Assembly: GCF_020745735.1 (NCBI RefSeq) | Contig: NC_083408.1 | Span: 81,126,484 to 81,190,483, forward strand | Direction of reading: 5' to 3' | DNA length: 64,000 nucleotides | Source: Hemiscyllium ocellatum | Taxonomy: Eukaryota | Part shown: positions 1 through 14,500 of the stretch, piece after piece | Layout of the letters: each line of letters starts with the position of its first letter | How positions within the stretch are numbered: the first letter of the stretch is position 1 | Notes under the pieces: generated by a model | Database searches by the model: none | Seen by the model: the letters and a program-made list of their open reading frames with translations, nothing else | What the model was told of the DNA's origin: nothing | Program-made: the position numbers and the translations under genes

Positions 1-1008
1 CATATTAACTTTCTTTTAAGATCCTATGCAAATAACGGACTCCACAGATTGTCCAAGGTCTGAACAACATTGTCGTTGTAATATGGTGGTTTTCTTTCAA
101 ATTACGGAAACCAGATACAAGTAAAGCTTATATACTAATCCTCCACTTAATAAGTGATCTTTTATTTGTAAAAAAGTTAGAAGTGTTTAACTTTTACAAT
201 GCTTGTGGCCTTAGAGGTATGTTATACGGTACGTTTTACAACGCAACGTCAATTATTTCAATAATACATCATTATATTCAATTTCTCCGAGACATGACAG
301 ACACCAAAAAAATCTAAAAAGCAGCAAGAAATGTGGAGAAAAAGTCATTGAAAACAAATCAAAATAAATTAACAACTGCTAAGTTATTGTTGGTATATTA
401 ACCCATCTGCCTTCATGATTTATCAGAACTTGCATTTTGGCCCAATTATTGACAGTGCCCGCCGCGCCGCTCCCCTCCACACCCACCCAACCCTCCTACA
501 TCCCGCTTCAATCATTCCCCCCCTCCGCAACCCCTCATCTCCCACTCTGCTCCCTCATTCATGTCATTAGATTGGGGCCCAAAATAAAGGGCAAATTGCG
601 ATGCCCTGTTCTGTAAACACTTCAAACCTTTCCAAAGATTGAAGCGACCAAGTGTACAACAGCAGAAGTGGTCAGGAGCAAGTTACTGCATATATGCTGG
701 AGCCTGAACAACAGAAGCGGTCATGTTGCAGGGCGACATTTAAGTAACATCTGAACCCAATGCAAGGTGCCAGGGGCTATTTGATTTCCCATCTTCACAC
801 AATTCAAACCCCTTCCCAACCATTTCGCCAACCAGAGACGAATAATCAAAAACCTGCCATGAAAATGGAGGTTACGAGGTGATACTCGCCTTGGATTCGA
901 GTCTACAAAGGCCGAACAGATGAAGATATAAAAGGGACAGGACAGAGACTCTGGGCAAAGGGTAACGCGATCCAAGCTGGACTCTGCTCACCAACCACGT
1001 AAACTTAC

Positions 1009-1104
1009 CACATAACCACCCCACACATATAGATGGTTGCCAATCAAAACCGCACAATGGCCGCTCCTCTCCTCGGCCACCCAGTTAATGCCGGAATCGG
1101 CCAT
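1009..1104 (-). CDS. KLHDC1: Kelch domain-containing protein 1, coding exon 1 (rest of gene lies left of window)
   Basis: Minus strand ATG at 1104 translates MADSGINWVAEERSGHCAVLIGNHLYVWGGYV, then GTAAGT donor. Matches the KLHDC1 N-terminus I recall (MADSQLFCVAEERSGHCAVVDGNFLYVWGGYV). Head-to-head with POLE2 as in human. Not in the ORF track. Confidence 0.92.
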
Positions 1105-1870
1105 TTCCGCGCCTCTACTCCATCCGGGCAATAGGCAGCAGGGAAGATGATCGATCCGGGAAACCAGGCGTCTCTGAATACTGCAGCGGCAGCATCAGCT
1201 GCTTATAATTACAGAAACATGACCTATGTCTGTGCATGCCGCTGAATGCAGAAATGCGTTTCCTATTTTTATGTTGTTATGACTCCTATGATAATACAAT
1301 ATATGCTTTGATAATATATGTTCTTAGGCAGTCCCTTAGGATCAAGAATGATTTGCTTCCATATGGCTAGTTTAGTTCATAATCTGCAGATAGTGTCATA
1401 TGTGGGGAGGCTGGTGACTGGAGGGACAGGTAGCAGAATTTCTCGGAGGTTTGTGCTGACCTCTCGAATTTGTCTCCTCGCATACTCCGGATAAAATCTC
1501 GGACGTGTTCAATGTCGTCTCAATTCAACCCCATTTTAGTCGATAACAGGTTAGATGCTCCCATGAGTTGACAGGGATATTCAGGAAACCTTTGAGGAGA
1601 TCATGAAAGTATCTGTGCTATTGGCGTATACTTTTGTTTCAGGGTTGGTGGCCTTTTTATACTGACCTAATGATTGAGCTTGAGGAAGGCAGTTCTGCAG
1701 CTTCACATCATTACTTCTTGTTTTGAAGCTGATTATTGAATTTAACAGTCATATGTGTTCTTTATTGTATAATAATTCCCTTCATTCCTTTGTAATGTAT
1801 TTGCTTCGATGAAATAGATCTGTTGTATCTTTCACGAAGTATTTTGCACGCCACATCAACATAACTCTAA

Positions 1871-3202
1871 TAGAAAATGGGGGAGATACTAAATGAATAT
1901 TTTGCATCAGTATTTACTGTGGAAAAAGATATGGAAGATATAGATTGTAGGAAAATAAATGGTGACATCTTGCAAAACGTCTATATTACAAAGGAGGAAG
2001 TGCTGGATGTCTTGAAATGGTTAAAAGTGGTTAATGGCTTCACTATCCTACCTACCTGGGACTCCACATTCCAGGAGCTATGAACCTGCACTCCAAGGTC
2101 TCTTTGTTCAGCAACACTCCCTAGGAGCTTACCATTAAGTGTATAACTCCTGCGAAGATTTGCTTTCTCAAAATGCAACACCTCGCATTTATCTGAATTA
2201 AACTCCAGCTACCACTTCTCAGCCCATTAGCCCATGTGGTCCAGATCCTGTTGTAATCTGAGGTAACCCTCTTCGCTGTCCACTACACTTCCAATTTTGG
2301 TGTCATCTGCAAACTTACTAACTGTACCTCTTATGCTCGCATCCAAATCATTTATGTAAATGACAAAAAGTAGTGGACCCAGTACCGATCCTTGTGACAC
2401 TCCACTGGTCACAGGCCTCCAGTCTGAAAAACAGCCCTCTACCATTACCACCCTCTGTCTTCTACCTTTGAGCCAGTTCTGTATCCAAATGGCTAGTTCT
2501 CCCTGTATTCCATGAGATCTAACCTTGCTAATCAGTCTCCCATGGGGAACGTCGTCGAATGCCTTACTGAAGTCCATATAGATCATATCTACTGCTCTGC
2601 CCTCATCAATCCTCTTTGTTACTTCCTCAAAAAACTCAATCAAATTTGTGAGACATGATTTCCCACGCACAAAGTCATGTTGACTATCCCTAATCAGTCC
2701 TTGCCTTTCCAAATACATGTACATCCTGTCCCTCAGAATTCCCTCCAACAACTTGCCCACTTTTGAGGTCAGGCTCACCGATCTATAGTTCCTTGGCTTG
2801 TCTTTACTGCCCTTCTTAAACAGCGGCACCACATTTGCCAACCTCCAGGCTTCCAGCACCTCACCTGTGACTATCGATGATACAAATATCTCAGCAAGAG
2901 GCCCAGCAATCACTTATCTAGCTTCCCACAGAGTTCTAGGGTACACCTGATCAGGTCTTGGGGGTTTATCCACCTTTATGCATTTCAAGACATCCAGCAC
3001 TTCCTCCTTTGTAATATGGATATTTTGCAAGATGTCACCATCTATTTCCCTATAGTTTATATCTTCCATATCCTTTTCCACAGTAAATACTGATGCAAAA
3101 TACTCATTTAATATCTCCCCCATTTTCTGCTGCTCCTCACAAAGACTGCCTTGCTGATCTTTGAGGGGCCCTATTCTCTCCCTAGTTACCCTTTTGTCCT
3201 AA
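1871..3202 (-). mobile_element. CR1/HER1-type LINE RT fragment (2035-3202, -) with inverted + piece (1871-2030)
   Basis: ORFs with [26 protein letters not shown]; stops/frameshifts. Confidence 0.9.
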
Positions 3203-3344
3203 ATGCTGGAAATGTAAAACAAAAATAAATTCTTCATAACAGTTCTGAAGAAGGGTTATTGGGCATGAAATATTAATGCTGCTTTCTCTTCATAAATGCT
3301 GCCAGATCTGCTGAGTTTCTCCAGAAATGTCTGTTATTTTTCTC

Positions 3345-5305
3345 AATCTATCTAGTTTTGCTATATAACTGTATCACTCCAGCCCAGGCAATGTCGTGGT
3401 GAATCTATTCTGCACCCTCCAGTGTAATATCATTGTTACCATCGTGTGGTACCTTAACTGCAACTGTACTCCATGCACTACTGCAAACTAATAAAGCACT
3501 TTATCTGTCTGTCCTGCTGCCTTCAAGGATCTGTGTGTGTACACTTTAAGGTCCCTCTCATCCATTGTACTTCCTAGGATCCTACTATTCAACGTGTCCT
3601 CCCTTTCCTTATTAATTCTCCCAGAATACATCATCTCACACTTTTCAGGATTAAAGTCTATTTACCACAGATCAGCCATCTGAACTACCCATCTATAACA
3701 TGCTGTAGTCTGAGAGTTTCCTTCTCGCTATTTACCATACCACCAATTTTCATGTCATCTGCAAACTTACTGATAATGTCTCCTGCATTTGTGTCTAGTA
3801 CATAAATAGCAAGCGACCCAACACTAAATCCTATATGTACACCACTAGACAGCAACTTCCAGCAACAAAAATACCCTTCGATCATCACTTTCTACTCACT
3901 GCCACAAGGCCAATTTTGGATCAAATTTGCCAAATTGCTCTGGATCCCACAGACTCTTAGCTTCTTAACCCGTCTGCCACATGGAGACCTTGTCATAAGT
4001 CTTCCTGAAGTCCATGTAGAATACATTGAGATAAATGCACGGTTCTGCATTTTGGGAAAGCAAATCTTAGAAGGACGTATACACTTAATGGTAAGGTCCT
4101 AGGGAGTGTTGCTGAACAAAGAGACCTTGGAGTACAGGTTCATAGTTCCTTGAAAGTGGAGTTGGAGGTAGATAGGATAGTGAAGAAGGTGTTTGTTATG
4201 CTTTCCTTTATTGGTTAGAGTATTGAGTACAGGAGTTAGGAGGTCATATTGCGGCTGGACAGGACATTAGTTAGGCCACTTTTGGAGTATTATGTGCAAT
4301 TCAGGTCTCCTTCCTATCGGAAAGACGTTGTGAAACTTTAAAGGGTTCAGAAAAGATTCACAAGGATGTTGCCAGGGTTGGAGGATTTGAGCTATCGGGA
4401 GAGGCTGAACAGGATGGGGCTGTATTCCCTGGAGTGTCGGAGGCTGAGGGGTGACCTTATAGAGATTTATAAAATCATGAGGGGCATGGATAGGGTAAAT
4501 AGACATAGTCTTTTCCCTGAGGTCGGGGAGTCCAGACCTGGAGGGCATTGGCTTAGGTTGAAAGGGAAAAGATATAAAAGAGACCTATGGGGCAACTTTT
4601 TCACACAGAGGGTGGTGTGTGTGTGAATGGTCTGTCAGAGGAAGTGAGGGAGGCTGGTACAATTGCAACATTTAAAAGGCATCTGGATGGGTATATGAAT
4701 AAGAAGAATTTGGAAGGATATGGGCCTGGTGCTGGCAGGTGGGACTAGATTGGGTTGGGATACTTGGTCGGCATGGACAAGTTTGACTGAAGGGTCTGTT
4801 AAGATGCTGCACATCTCTATGACTGTTCTGCCTTCATCTACACTTACTCCTCAGAAATTCAATCAAATTTATTCAACATGATTTTCACTGGACAAAACCA
4901 TTCTTACTCTCCTTGATTAATCCATGCCTCTCCAAGTAAAGATTAAGTTTATCCCTTAGAATTTGTTTCCACTACCACAGAAATTAGACTCAATAGTGTG
5001 CAGTTTCCTGGTTTATCCTTACCGCCCATCTTGAGTACCACAGTAGCTTTCCTCCAATCTTCTGGGACCCCTCCTGTGGCCAAAGTAGATTTGAAAATTA
5101 ATGTCAGGGCCCCTGCAATCTCCTCCTTTGCCTCCGACAGAAACCTGGGATCCATCTCATTTGCGTCGGGGATTTGATCACTTTCAAGTCTAGTAAAAAT
5201 GCTAATATCTCCTCTCTCTCAATGCTAATTTGTTCAAGTATATCACAGTCTCCCTCCCTGATTTCTATACCCGCATTGTCCTTCTCTATTTGAATACAGA
5301 TGCAG
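3345..5305. mobile_element. Older CR1 fragment (-) interrupted by a younger CR1 3' end (+, ~4030-4824)
   Basis: KFADDMKIGG on minus; LSYRERLNR...LRGDLIE...FFTQRVV on plus, ending in catctctatgact tail. Confidence 0.85.
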
Positions 5306-5490
5306 ATTTAAGACCTCAGTGAGCGCCTACTGAAGTGGTGGTGGCTGATGATGATATCTGTCAATCGAGGTGATTGCAGTTGTAAGCGGTGGCTGTCTGA
5401 CAGGTGGCAGCAGATTGTTTTATGAATGAATAGGTTGGCGCTATTCTCCGAGGCTGGTTACGTTACGTTCTGTTCTGTGACGAAGCTGCG

Positions 5491-5504
5491 TTTTGGCGCC
5501 AAAA
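5491..5504. promoter_or_regulatory. Palindromic E2F site
   Basis: TTTTGGCGCCAAAA ending 7 nt before the POLE2 ATG; matches E2F consensus TTTSSCGC-type sites on both strands; typical of S-phase genes. Confidence 0.75.
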
Positions 5505-5511
5505 GTGCAGG

Positions 5512-5576
5512 ATGGCGACTAAAGTAAAGAACAAAGTTTCAGCTGCTTTTAAAATGCACGGGTTAATCTTGAGATC
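5512..5576 (+). CDS. POLE2: POLE2 exon 1
   Basis: [21 protein letters not shown], donor gtaagt. Confidence 0.9.
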
Positions 5577-8500
5577 GTAAGTAGGAAATCAGTTATTTCA
5601 AAACCAACTACTTTAATTGGAGAATATTAAGTGACACAGTTCCCACCTCAGGCGACTGACTGTGTGGAGTTTGCTCCGGTTTCCCCCCACAGTCCAAAAA
5701 TGTGCAGGTTAGGTGAATTGGCCATGCTAAATTGCCCGTAGTGTTAGGTGAAGGGGTAAATGTAGGGGAATGGGTCTGGGTGGGTTGCGCTTCGGCGGGT
5801 CGGTGTGGACTTGTTGGGCCGAAGGGCCCGTTTCCACACTGTAAGTAAAGTTAAAAAAAATAGAAGCTAACACTAACATTGGTTGGCTTCAAATGTTCTT
5901 CATTAGTTAGTGTTAGCTGGTATTTGTTAAAATGGTTCGTTTAACCTGTTTCTATGTCGATTAGTCTAAAGCTGTATACCATATCTGTATGTTCATATAT
6001 AAAATACATTATATCACTATTGTCTCTTGAGTATGATTTGGAGATGCCGGTGTTGGACTGGGGTGTACAAAGTTAAAAATCACACAACACCAGGTTATAG
6101 TCCAACAGGTTTAATAGGAAGCGCACTAGGTTTCGCAGCACTGCTCCTTCATCAGGTGGTAGTGGAGGACACAATTGTAAGGCACAAAATTTAGAGCAAA
6201 AATTTACAGTGTGATGTAACTGAAATTATACATTGAAAAATGCTTTGATTTTCTGTTGAGTCTTTCATCTGTTTGAATACCATGATAGATTCACTTCTTT
6301 CATGTGTAAATGACAAAACTTTTTTTTAAAAGTTGCATTCTCAGGTTAACTGTAACAATTGGTGTTAGCTAGACAATATGTTGAAGATGTTAGCTCCCTG
6401 TGTTCTCTGTCTATGCCATGATATTTAGATTGATTCTCATGTAAAAACTGAGATAACAGAGTTTTACAAGAATTCATGCAGTTTCTGAGCAAAGTACAAT
6501 GTAACTCTGCAAGTACAAATTCACCCCACAAAATATATGTATATCTGTGCATGTGGGTCTTTGTGTCTGCGTGTGTGTCTGTCTGTCTGTGTTGGTGGGT
6601 TGTGAGTGTGAGAGAGAGTGTATATGTGTGTGCATGTAAGTGTAGAGTGTCTTAAATCTGTGAGGGGGTGCATGAGTGAGTGTGGGTGTGTGTCTGGGTG
6701 GGGAGTTGAGTGTCTGTGAGAGAGAGTATATATGTGTGCGCATGAGTGTAGAGTGGTCTAAGGCTCTGAGAGGATGCATAAGACCATAAGACACAGGAGT
6801 GGAAGTAAGGCCATTCGGCCCATCGTGTCCACTCCGCCATTCAATCATGGATGATGGGCATTTCAACTCCACTTATCCGCATCCCCACCGTAGCCCTTAA
6901 TTCCTCGAGACATCAAGAATCTACCAATCCCAAACTCCACTGCACTCAGTGGCAATGAATTCCACAGGCCCACCACTCTGAATTCCCTATTCCTGAGATG
7001 CTGCCTAACCTGCTGTGCTTTAACCAGCAACACATTTTCAGCTGCACTCTCTGGCTGAAGAAATGTCTCCGCATTTCTGTTCTGAATTGACCCCTTCTAA
7101 TTTTAAGGCTGTGTCCACGGGTCTTAGTCTCCTCGCCTAATGGAAAAAAATTCCTAGCGTCCACCCTTTCCAAGCCATGTATTATCTTGTAAGTTTCTAT
7201 TAAATCTCCCCTCAATCTTCTAAACTCCAATGAATACAATTCCAGGATCCTCAGCCATTCCTCGTATGTTAGACCAACCATTGCAGGGATCATCCGTGTG
7301 AATCTCTGCTGGACACGTTCCAGTGCCAGTATGTCCTTCCTGCGGTGTGGGGACCAAAACTGGACACAATACTCCAGAGTATATGAGAGTATAGCATTTT
7401 GACAGATATACCCTTAAAATAAAGGGCAAGAAACAAGATATTTAAGGGAGGATAAAAATCACAACTTTGAAAAATCATCATGGAAAATCAGTTTAGGCAA
7501 AGCTCAGAACCGACAAGGAACAGGAAACATGGGTGGGAGTAGTTGTCAGGCTCCCTAACAGTAATTGTGTCAGGAAGGTGCATAAATCTAAAAATGAAAC
7601 AAGGGTGATTCAGCAAAGTAATGGAAGGTATTGGTGACAGTGCTGTCGTACCGTAATCTACTTATTGACCCCTGGTTTGGGTTTCATGAGGGCTACTTGT
7701 CACCAGATCTTATCACAGTCTTGATCTGCATTTAAACAAAAAAGCTGGGCAAAAGAGTCAATGACCAGGACGTGAAAGCAGCATTTGACTATGTATGACT
7801 TCATAACATGAACTTGAGTATTGCTGAAAAAGATCCAATTTGTTTACACTTTTTAATTTGCACTCGTCAGGATGATTTGCAAGAATTATCAACATAAAAG
7901 GAAAACAAGATTTATCCTATATGAGACAAGACTTTGTGGATAAGTGGATTTTGATTGGTAGAGATCAGAAGTCACATGACACATGGTAATAGTCCAACAG
8001 GTTTATTTGAAATCACAAGCTTTCGCAGCATTGCCCCGATGTTAGGTGGAGTGAAGACAGGCACCAAAATTTATAGGTAGAGAGATCAAAAGATCATACA
8101 AATATTGTGAGTGGAGTGTTGACAGGCTGAATAAGAAATCTCTGCTGGTGATCATAAGGGTCAGACAGTGTGTGTAAAGTGTGAACAGCTGAATAGTAAG
8201 TGAAGGGATGACCTACAATCTGATTAATTGAGGCAGAGATAATTACAAAAAATTAAAAGTAAGATGATGCTGGAAACAAACACCATACAGATACAAGACA
8301 ATATGGTGGGGTTACATGTAGCGTGACATGAACCCAAGACCTTTCCTAAAGTGCAGTGTCCAGAAGCAGTAAGAAAACTCCAGTTGCAGCTGAGGCAGAG
8401 TAGAGTAGAGTAGATTTTATTTGTCATTGCTACTGTATACAGCTGTTATGTTCTGTGTTCTAAGGCATTGTCCTGAGAAATAAACTGACAAATCGTTATA

Positions 8501-11500
8501 TTGAAACTGGAGTCATGTGTATGCATTGTATTTCTGTCCACATTAAACATAGCCCTATTTATTAATATGTGTAGCTTCTAGTATGATCAAGTGTACCACA
8601 CCATGGACCCAATTTAAAAAATGTTAGTGGTTTCTCAATGTAATTATATGCACACTTTGGACAGCGTTTGCTAAATAATCTTATTACAGTTGTGTCTGTG
8701 GTTCGACTCTGTTTTGAGTTTTGCAAAAATGATTAAGCACAGTCAGTGCTTTATTTGTTGTGAACAGCTGAAAGGATATGATCTGTCAGTGTTGGATAAA
8801 ATATTTTGACAAAATTATCTTTTTTTAAGCAATATTCAAGTTCTGTACAAGCAAATGAAAAATTACATGAATGGGAATTAAGGGAAACAATTCCTCACTG
8901 ATCGGAGTGATACCTAATGAGAAGGGAGGTGGTTGTGATTGTTTGTGGCCAATCATCTCTGCTTCAGGACACTATTGCAGGAGTTCCTCATGGTAGTGTC
9001 ATTTGCTTAACCATTTACAGCTACTTCATAATGGTCTTCTCTCTTTCACAAGGTCAGAAATGTGGATGTTTACTGATGTTTGTGCAATTTTTACTCCCAT
9101 TCACAACTCCTCAAATATGGAAGCAATCCATATGCATATACTACAAGATCTGGTCATCATCCACATTCGTATCCAATCAGAATTTCTCAGTAAGCTGGTC
9201 CTGGTAGTTTTCCTTCTTGAAGGAAAATGGAGGCTTCTTTTTCAGGTATTGATGACCCTTTACAGTGGATTAATTACAAGGGCATTTAAGCAAGCAGTGT
9301 TGCTTTACCTTCCTCATCAGAGTTTCCTTGCAAGTGAAGAGGTTAATGGAAAAGCATTTTCACCCATTAAGTTAAAATGGATGCTGATGCCTTTCTTTGT
9401 GCATTGCCAGCTGGAGGCTGATGAGCTCTCTTCATGTCTGTTGTGACAGCTTTAGCAGGAAGTTCAAAAGCTTCTGAAAGTATGATCATGTGGTCAGTTT
9501 CAGCTATTTTATGAGTTCAGCAAGGCTGTCCATTTTCAAAAGACATAGAATTTAAAGAAAAATATATAGCAAAGAATTTACTTTTATTTGGAATTTCTCT
9601 TCCTGTCCTCTGCAATGACAATGAAAAGAATCAATGTGCATTTATTTTTAATAGTTCCTGATCTCTACCAAGATCATAACCTTGCATTTCAGGAAACTAA
9701 AACGTACTCTGGAGGTACCAAAGTGATGCAAAATGGGAAGCAACAGGATGATTTTCCGTTTTGCTCAGTTTCTGATCTCCATCATAAGGGTTAGGGTAAA
9801 ATTACCTGGTGAATGCCATTTGCTGCACCTTGAGAGTTGGGGAGTTTTTTGGGTTCTGACGTTTGAGGGAGAATTCTTGTTAGGAACCACAATTGTGCAT
9901 GCCCAATGTATGTCTGGGGACTACTTTTCTTGAGAGCTCGGAGGCCACTTAAACAGACCATTTGGTCCAACTTGTCCCTGCTAACCAGATATCCTAAATT
10001 AATCTAGTCCCATTTGCCAGCACTTCACCCATATCCCTTTTAAAGCCTTCCGATTAATATACCCATCCAGATGCCTTTTAAACGTTGTAATTGTACCAGC
10101 CCCCACCACTTCCTCTGGCAGCTCATTCCATACATGCACAACCCTTTGTGTGAAAAAGCTGCTCCTTAGATCCCTTTTAATTCTTTCCCCTCTCACCTTA
10201 AATCTACGGCCTCTAGTTTTGGACTCCCCCCTTCCCTGGGGAAAAGACCTTGTCTATTTACCCTATCCCTCCAACCCTGATAGCATCCTTGTAAATCTTT
10301 TCTAAACACTTTCAAGTTTTGCAACATCCTTCCTATAGCAGGGAGACCAGAATTGCACGCAGGATTCCAATTGTGGCATAACCAATGTCCTGGACAGCTG
10401 CAACATGACTTCCCAACTCCTATGCTCAGTGCACTTACCAATAAAGGCAAATATACCAAACTGTCCTATCAATCTGCAACTTCACTTTCAAAGAACTATG
10501 AACCTGCACTCCAAGGTCTCTTTGTTCAGTGACACTCCCCAGGACCTTATAATTAAGTATATAAATCCCGGTCTGATTTGCCTTTTCAAAATGCAGCACC
10601 TAACATTTATCTAAATTAAATTCTCTCTGCCTTGGCCCATCTGATCAAGATGCTATTGTATTCTGAGGTAAGCTTTATCATTTTCCACTCCACCACCAGT
10701 TTTGGTGTCATGTGCAAACTCACTAACCATACCTACTATGTTCACGTCCAAATCGTTTTTATAAATGACGAAAAGCAGTGGACCCAGCACCGGTCCTAAT
10801 GGCACACCACTGGTCACAGGCATGCAGTCTTAAAAGCAACTATCCAAAATCACCCTCTGTCTTCTACCTTTGAGCCGGTTTATATCCAATATCCAGTTCT
10901 CCCTGTATTCCGTGTGATCTAAACTGGCTTACCAGTCTACCATAAGGAAACTTGTCGAATGCTGTACTGAAGTTCATGTAGATCACACCTACCACACTAC
11001 CCTCACTTCTGCCTTTTTTGTTTTGAAGGTTTGTTGACTTACAATAACCTTTAAAAGGAAATTAGTGGCATATGTCATGGATCAATTCCTCATTTTTGCT
11101 TTCTAAACAAATGTTTCCTACTACAACAAACCATGGCATATAATACTTGACAAGAGATTCAAAGCCATCTGTTTTATTTCTCTCTGACCAGTAATGCTGC
11201 AAAATTTCTCGTGGATGTTCTTGAGACAGTCGATGAGTTGAATCTTGAAGATGCAATTGAACGTATCATTGATGCAGTTGAAAAACAGCCATGTAAGTAA
11301 TTAGTTAAAATTGTAGCAATTAAGGCCCTGAAATCTATTGTTAATCAGCTTCAAGTTGTGTATAGTACAGTGTTCAATCCTCAGCATCATCTTTGTGAAG
11401 GGAATAATATTCTGCTACATGCAATAACTGGTAGATTTCTGGGGCATTGTTCGGAGGGATATCTGTGCCTTTGGCCCAGAGTTGTTTTTGGATTCCATGC

Positions 11501-14500
11501 ACCTGTACTGGGATTTTACTTGTGAAAACAGGGTAGGCAAATGGTTGGATTCTAATGGTTTCCCTGCACCCACTTGGGAAATCCAGTGTTGAGGCTCTAA
11601 CAACCTGCCCTAAGCCAGACCTGCTAAGTTGGTTAAGTACTAACTGGAAAGTAATGTGTGCCTGTAATGGAATGTTGGCCCTTATTTCAAGGGGGTTGGA
11701 GTATAAGGATGAGAATGTCAACTGTGCTGATGAGACTACATCTGGAGAACTGTGATTTTGGTTTCCTCATTTAAGGGAAGAACATTTCATTAGATGCAGT
11801 TTAGAGAAGGTTCACTTGAATGATCCTCGAAATGATTGGATTGTCTTATGAGCAAAGGCTAAACAGGTTGGGATTGTACTCACTGAAAATTAGAAGAATG
11901 AGAGGTGATCTTATTGAAACATATGGGATTCTTAAGGAGCTTGACAGGGTAAATGCTGAGAGGAAGTTTCCCCTTATGGGACAGTGTACAACCAGAAAGC
12001 ATAGGTCTCAGAACAAAGGGGGTGTCAATTTAATACTGAGATGGAAGGAATTTCTTCTCTTAGAAGGTTGAGAGTCTTTGGAACTCCTTGCCACAGAAAT
12101 CTGTGGGGGTAGAGTCCTTGTGTATATTTAAAGCTGAAATAAATCACTTGGGGAATCATGGGTTACAGAAAAATGGCAGGAAAGTAGATTTGAGGAATTC
12201 AGATCGTTTATGATCATATTGAATAGAAGAGCAGGCTTGAGGGCTGAATGGCATTTTTAATGTTATGACATGCTTTGTAGGAATTTTATCAAACTAAATT
12301 TGATACCAGGCCATATATGAAATATTAGGATAGATAAGTAAATAGTTGTCAATGAGGCACATTTTAACAAGCATCTTGAAAGAGGAGAGCAAGGAGATTA
12401 GCGTTAAGGGGGGAGTCTCAGAGTTTCGGCCCAGGCAGCTGAAGGCACAGTCACCAGTGATGGGCAATTAAAATCAGAGATGCACATTAAGCCAGAATTG
12501 GAGAGATCTCAAAGAAGATTATAGAGCTCAGGAGTAGTGCAGCAATGGAAGGATTTACAGAATCAGGTAGGAATTTCAAAAGAAGCATTTCTGGATCAGG
12601 AGTCAGTGTAGGTCAGTAATTTCAAGAGTGACACTTGTGAGCTTAGCTCATCAGCATTTCGAAGTTGTAGATTTTTCAATAGTTTACATTGGCGTTCTTT
12701 ACCCAGATAATAGGGATTCATGTGTGTTCGATACCTGTTTAAAATCCAGAGTTAGTTGTTAAAAGTAGAAACAATTTAACACAGAGAACTGTTTGATGTG
12801 TGTGTTTTTACTTTTCAGTGAACTGCAACATGATAGAGCAATCAATGGTGGAGGCAGCAGTCCAGGAGTGCAGTCAGACTTGTGATGAAACTATGTAGGT
12901 CAAATTAAAGATTTAAGTGTTAGATTGACCAGATATTGTGGATGGCGATTTCACCAAGTTTTCAGCTTTTATGTATGCTGATAAAAACCTTGGAAATGGC
13001 ACATTTCTGCTCCTATTAAACAAAAGTCCAATATTTTTAATGTGGGGAATATTCATTCACTAATATTTTAAGATTTCCATTATCCTCAAATTTAGTTACA
13101 TGTTAATTGGGGCTATAATAACCCAGTGCACACATGTAAAATTTGTTACTTTTATCATGACTCCAGAGTTCTTTGATCTAGCTTCTCATCCTCAATCCTT
13201 CCCTAAATTCACCTCTTGACCCAGCCTTTCATTCCCAATCTCTGTTTTCACTAAGGTGTGCCTCCAGTACACATTCTAAGTGAAGATTGGTGCGAGGTCA
13301 ACAATATAAATGCATCTCATGCACAATGAAGATACCCTGTCAACACCTTGGCAATTGGGATTACCTTGTCATTAAAAACAAACTATATGAATATCTCAAT
13401 CAAATAGTTGACATAGTATCTTAAAATGTGGTAGATTTTCCATGCACATCAGATGCCTCGCTAATGAATGGGGGAAATTGAGATACTTTTTGTCCCAGCA
13501 TTAACTTCTGCCTGGCTTCTGGCATTCATGCCAATGTAAGAGGAAAAACGTTTCAGTGAAAAACAAAACTACAACAAACTGTTGCATGAAGCATATAAAA
13601 TTAAATATCACAGATTAAGTAAATTATAAATGAATAGAAGAGGAATAGAGTACTACAAATTTTTTTTTTGCAAGGCCACAGCTAGTCATTACTAAAGATT
13701 TATGTTGCTTTCATCTGTTTGATCAATTATAATGGCAAAATGCGGAGGTGTATCTTTCACTAATTTAGTATTGATAATTGTTCATTTATATTGATAGAGA
13801 ACACGTCTTCAACATAATTGGTGCATTTGATGTTCCTCGTTATATCTACAATTCAGAAAGGAAGAAATTTTTACCGTGAGTTTTACTAATTCTGTTTATT
13901 TGGACAATCGAACAGTTCATGATTTTGTATTTATGTGACGTATGTTGGAAATATTGTACTTTTAAGGTTCAGATTTATTATAATTTTTATGGGCTTTGTA
14001 GTGGAACTACTACATTTGATAAACCAATGTATGTAGATAACTTATCATAACTTACATTTTTCTTTCACATATTCAGCCATTATTTCCTGAAAATGTCCCT
14101 TGTTGCCTTTGTTTGTCAGAGATTCTTAGTGTAGGTGGATTGGCCATGCTGAATTGCCCACAGTGTCCAGGTATGGACAGGCTAGGTGGATTAGTCTAGG
14201 GAAATGCAGGGCTACAGGTAGGAGGTTTTGGTGTGAAGTTCTTCGGAAGGTTGGTGTTATCTCGATGGGCCAAAAGGCCTACTTCCACACTGTAGGGATT
14301 GTATGATTCTACGCATCCTGTTCACCTCCAGCTGGCCTCTTTCAGGTTACATAGGATACAAAGGTGTTGATCATTCCTGAGATACAATATCATAGTGGCA
14401 TAGTTTTGTATTTTTAAAAGGAGTAAATTCAATCTTTCATTCACTGTGAAAATTAAGCATCTCAATTACTCTTGGAACTTTGTATTTTAACTCATCACTG

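Noticed and set aside
3243-3276. Further hammerhead-like relics (CTGAAGAAGGG..GAAA here; CTGACGAG on minus at ~7850-7872)
   Set aside because: Helices too decayed to support a ribozyme call.
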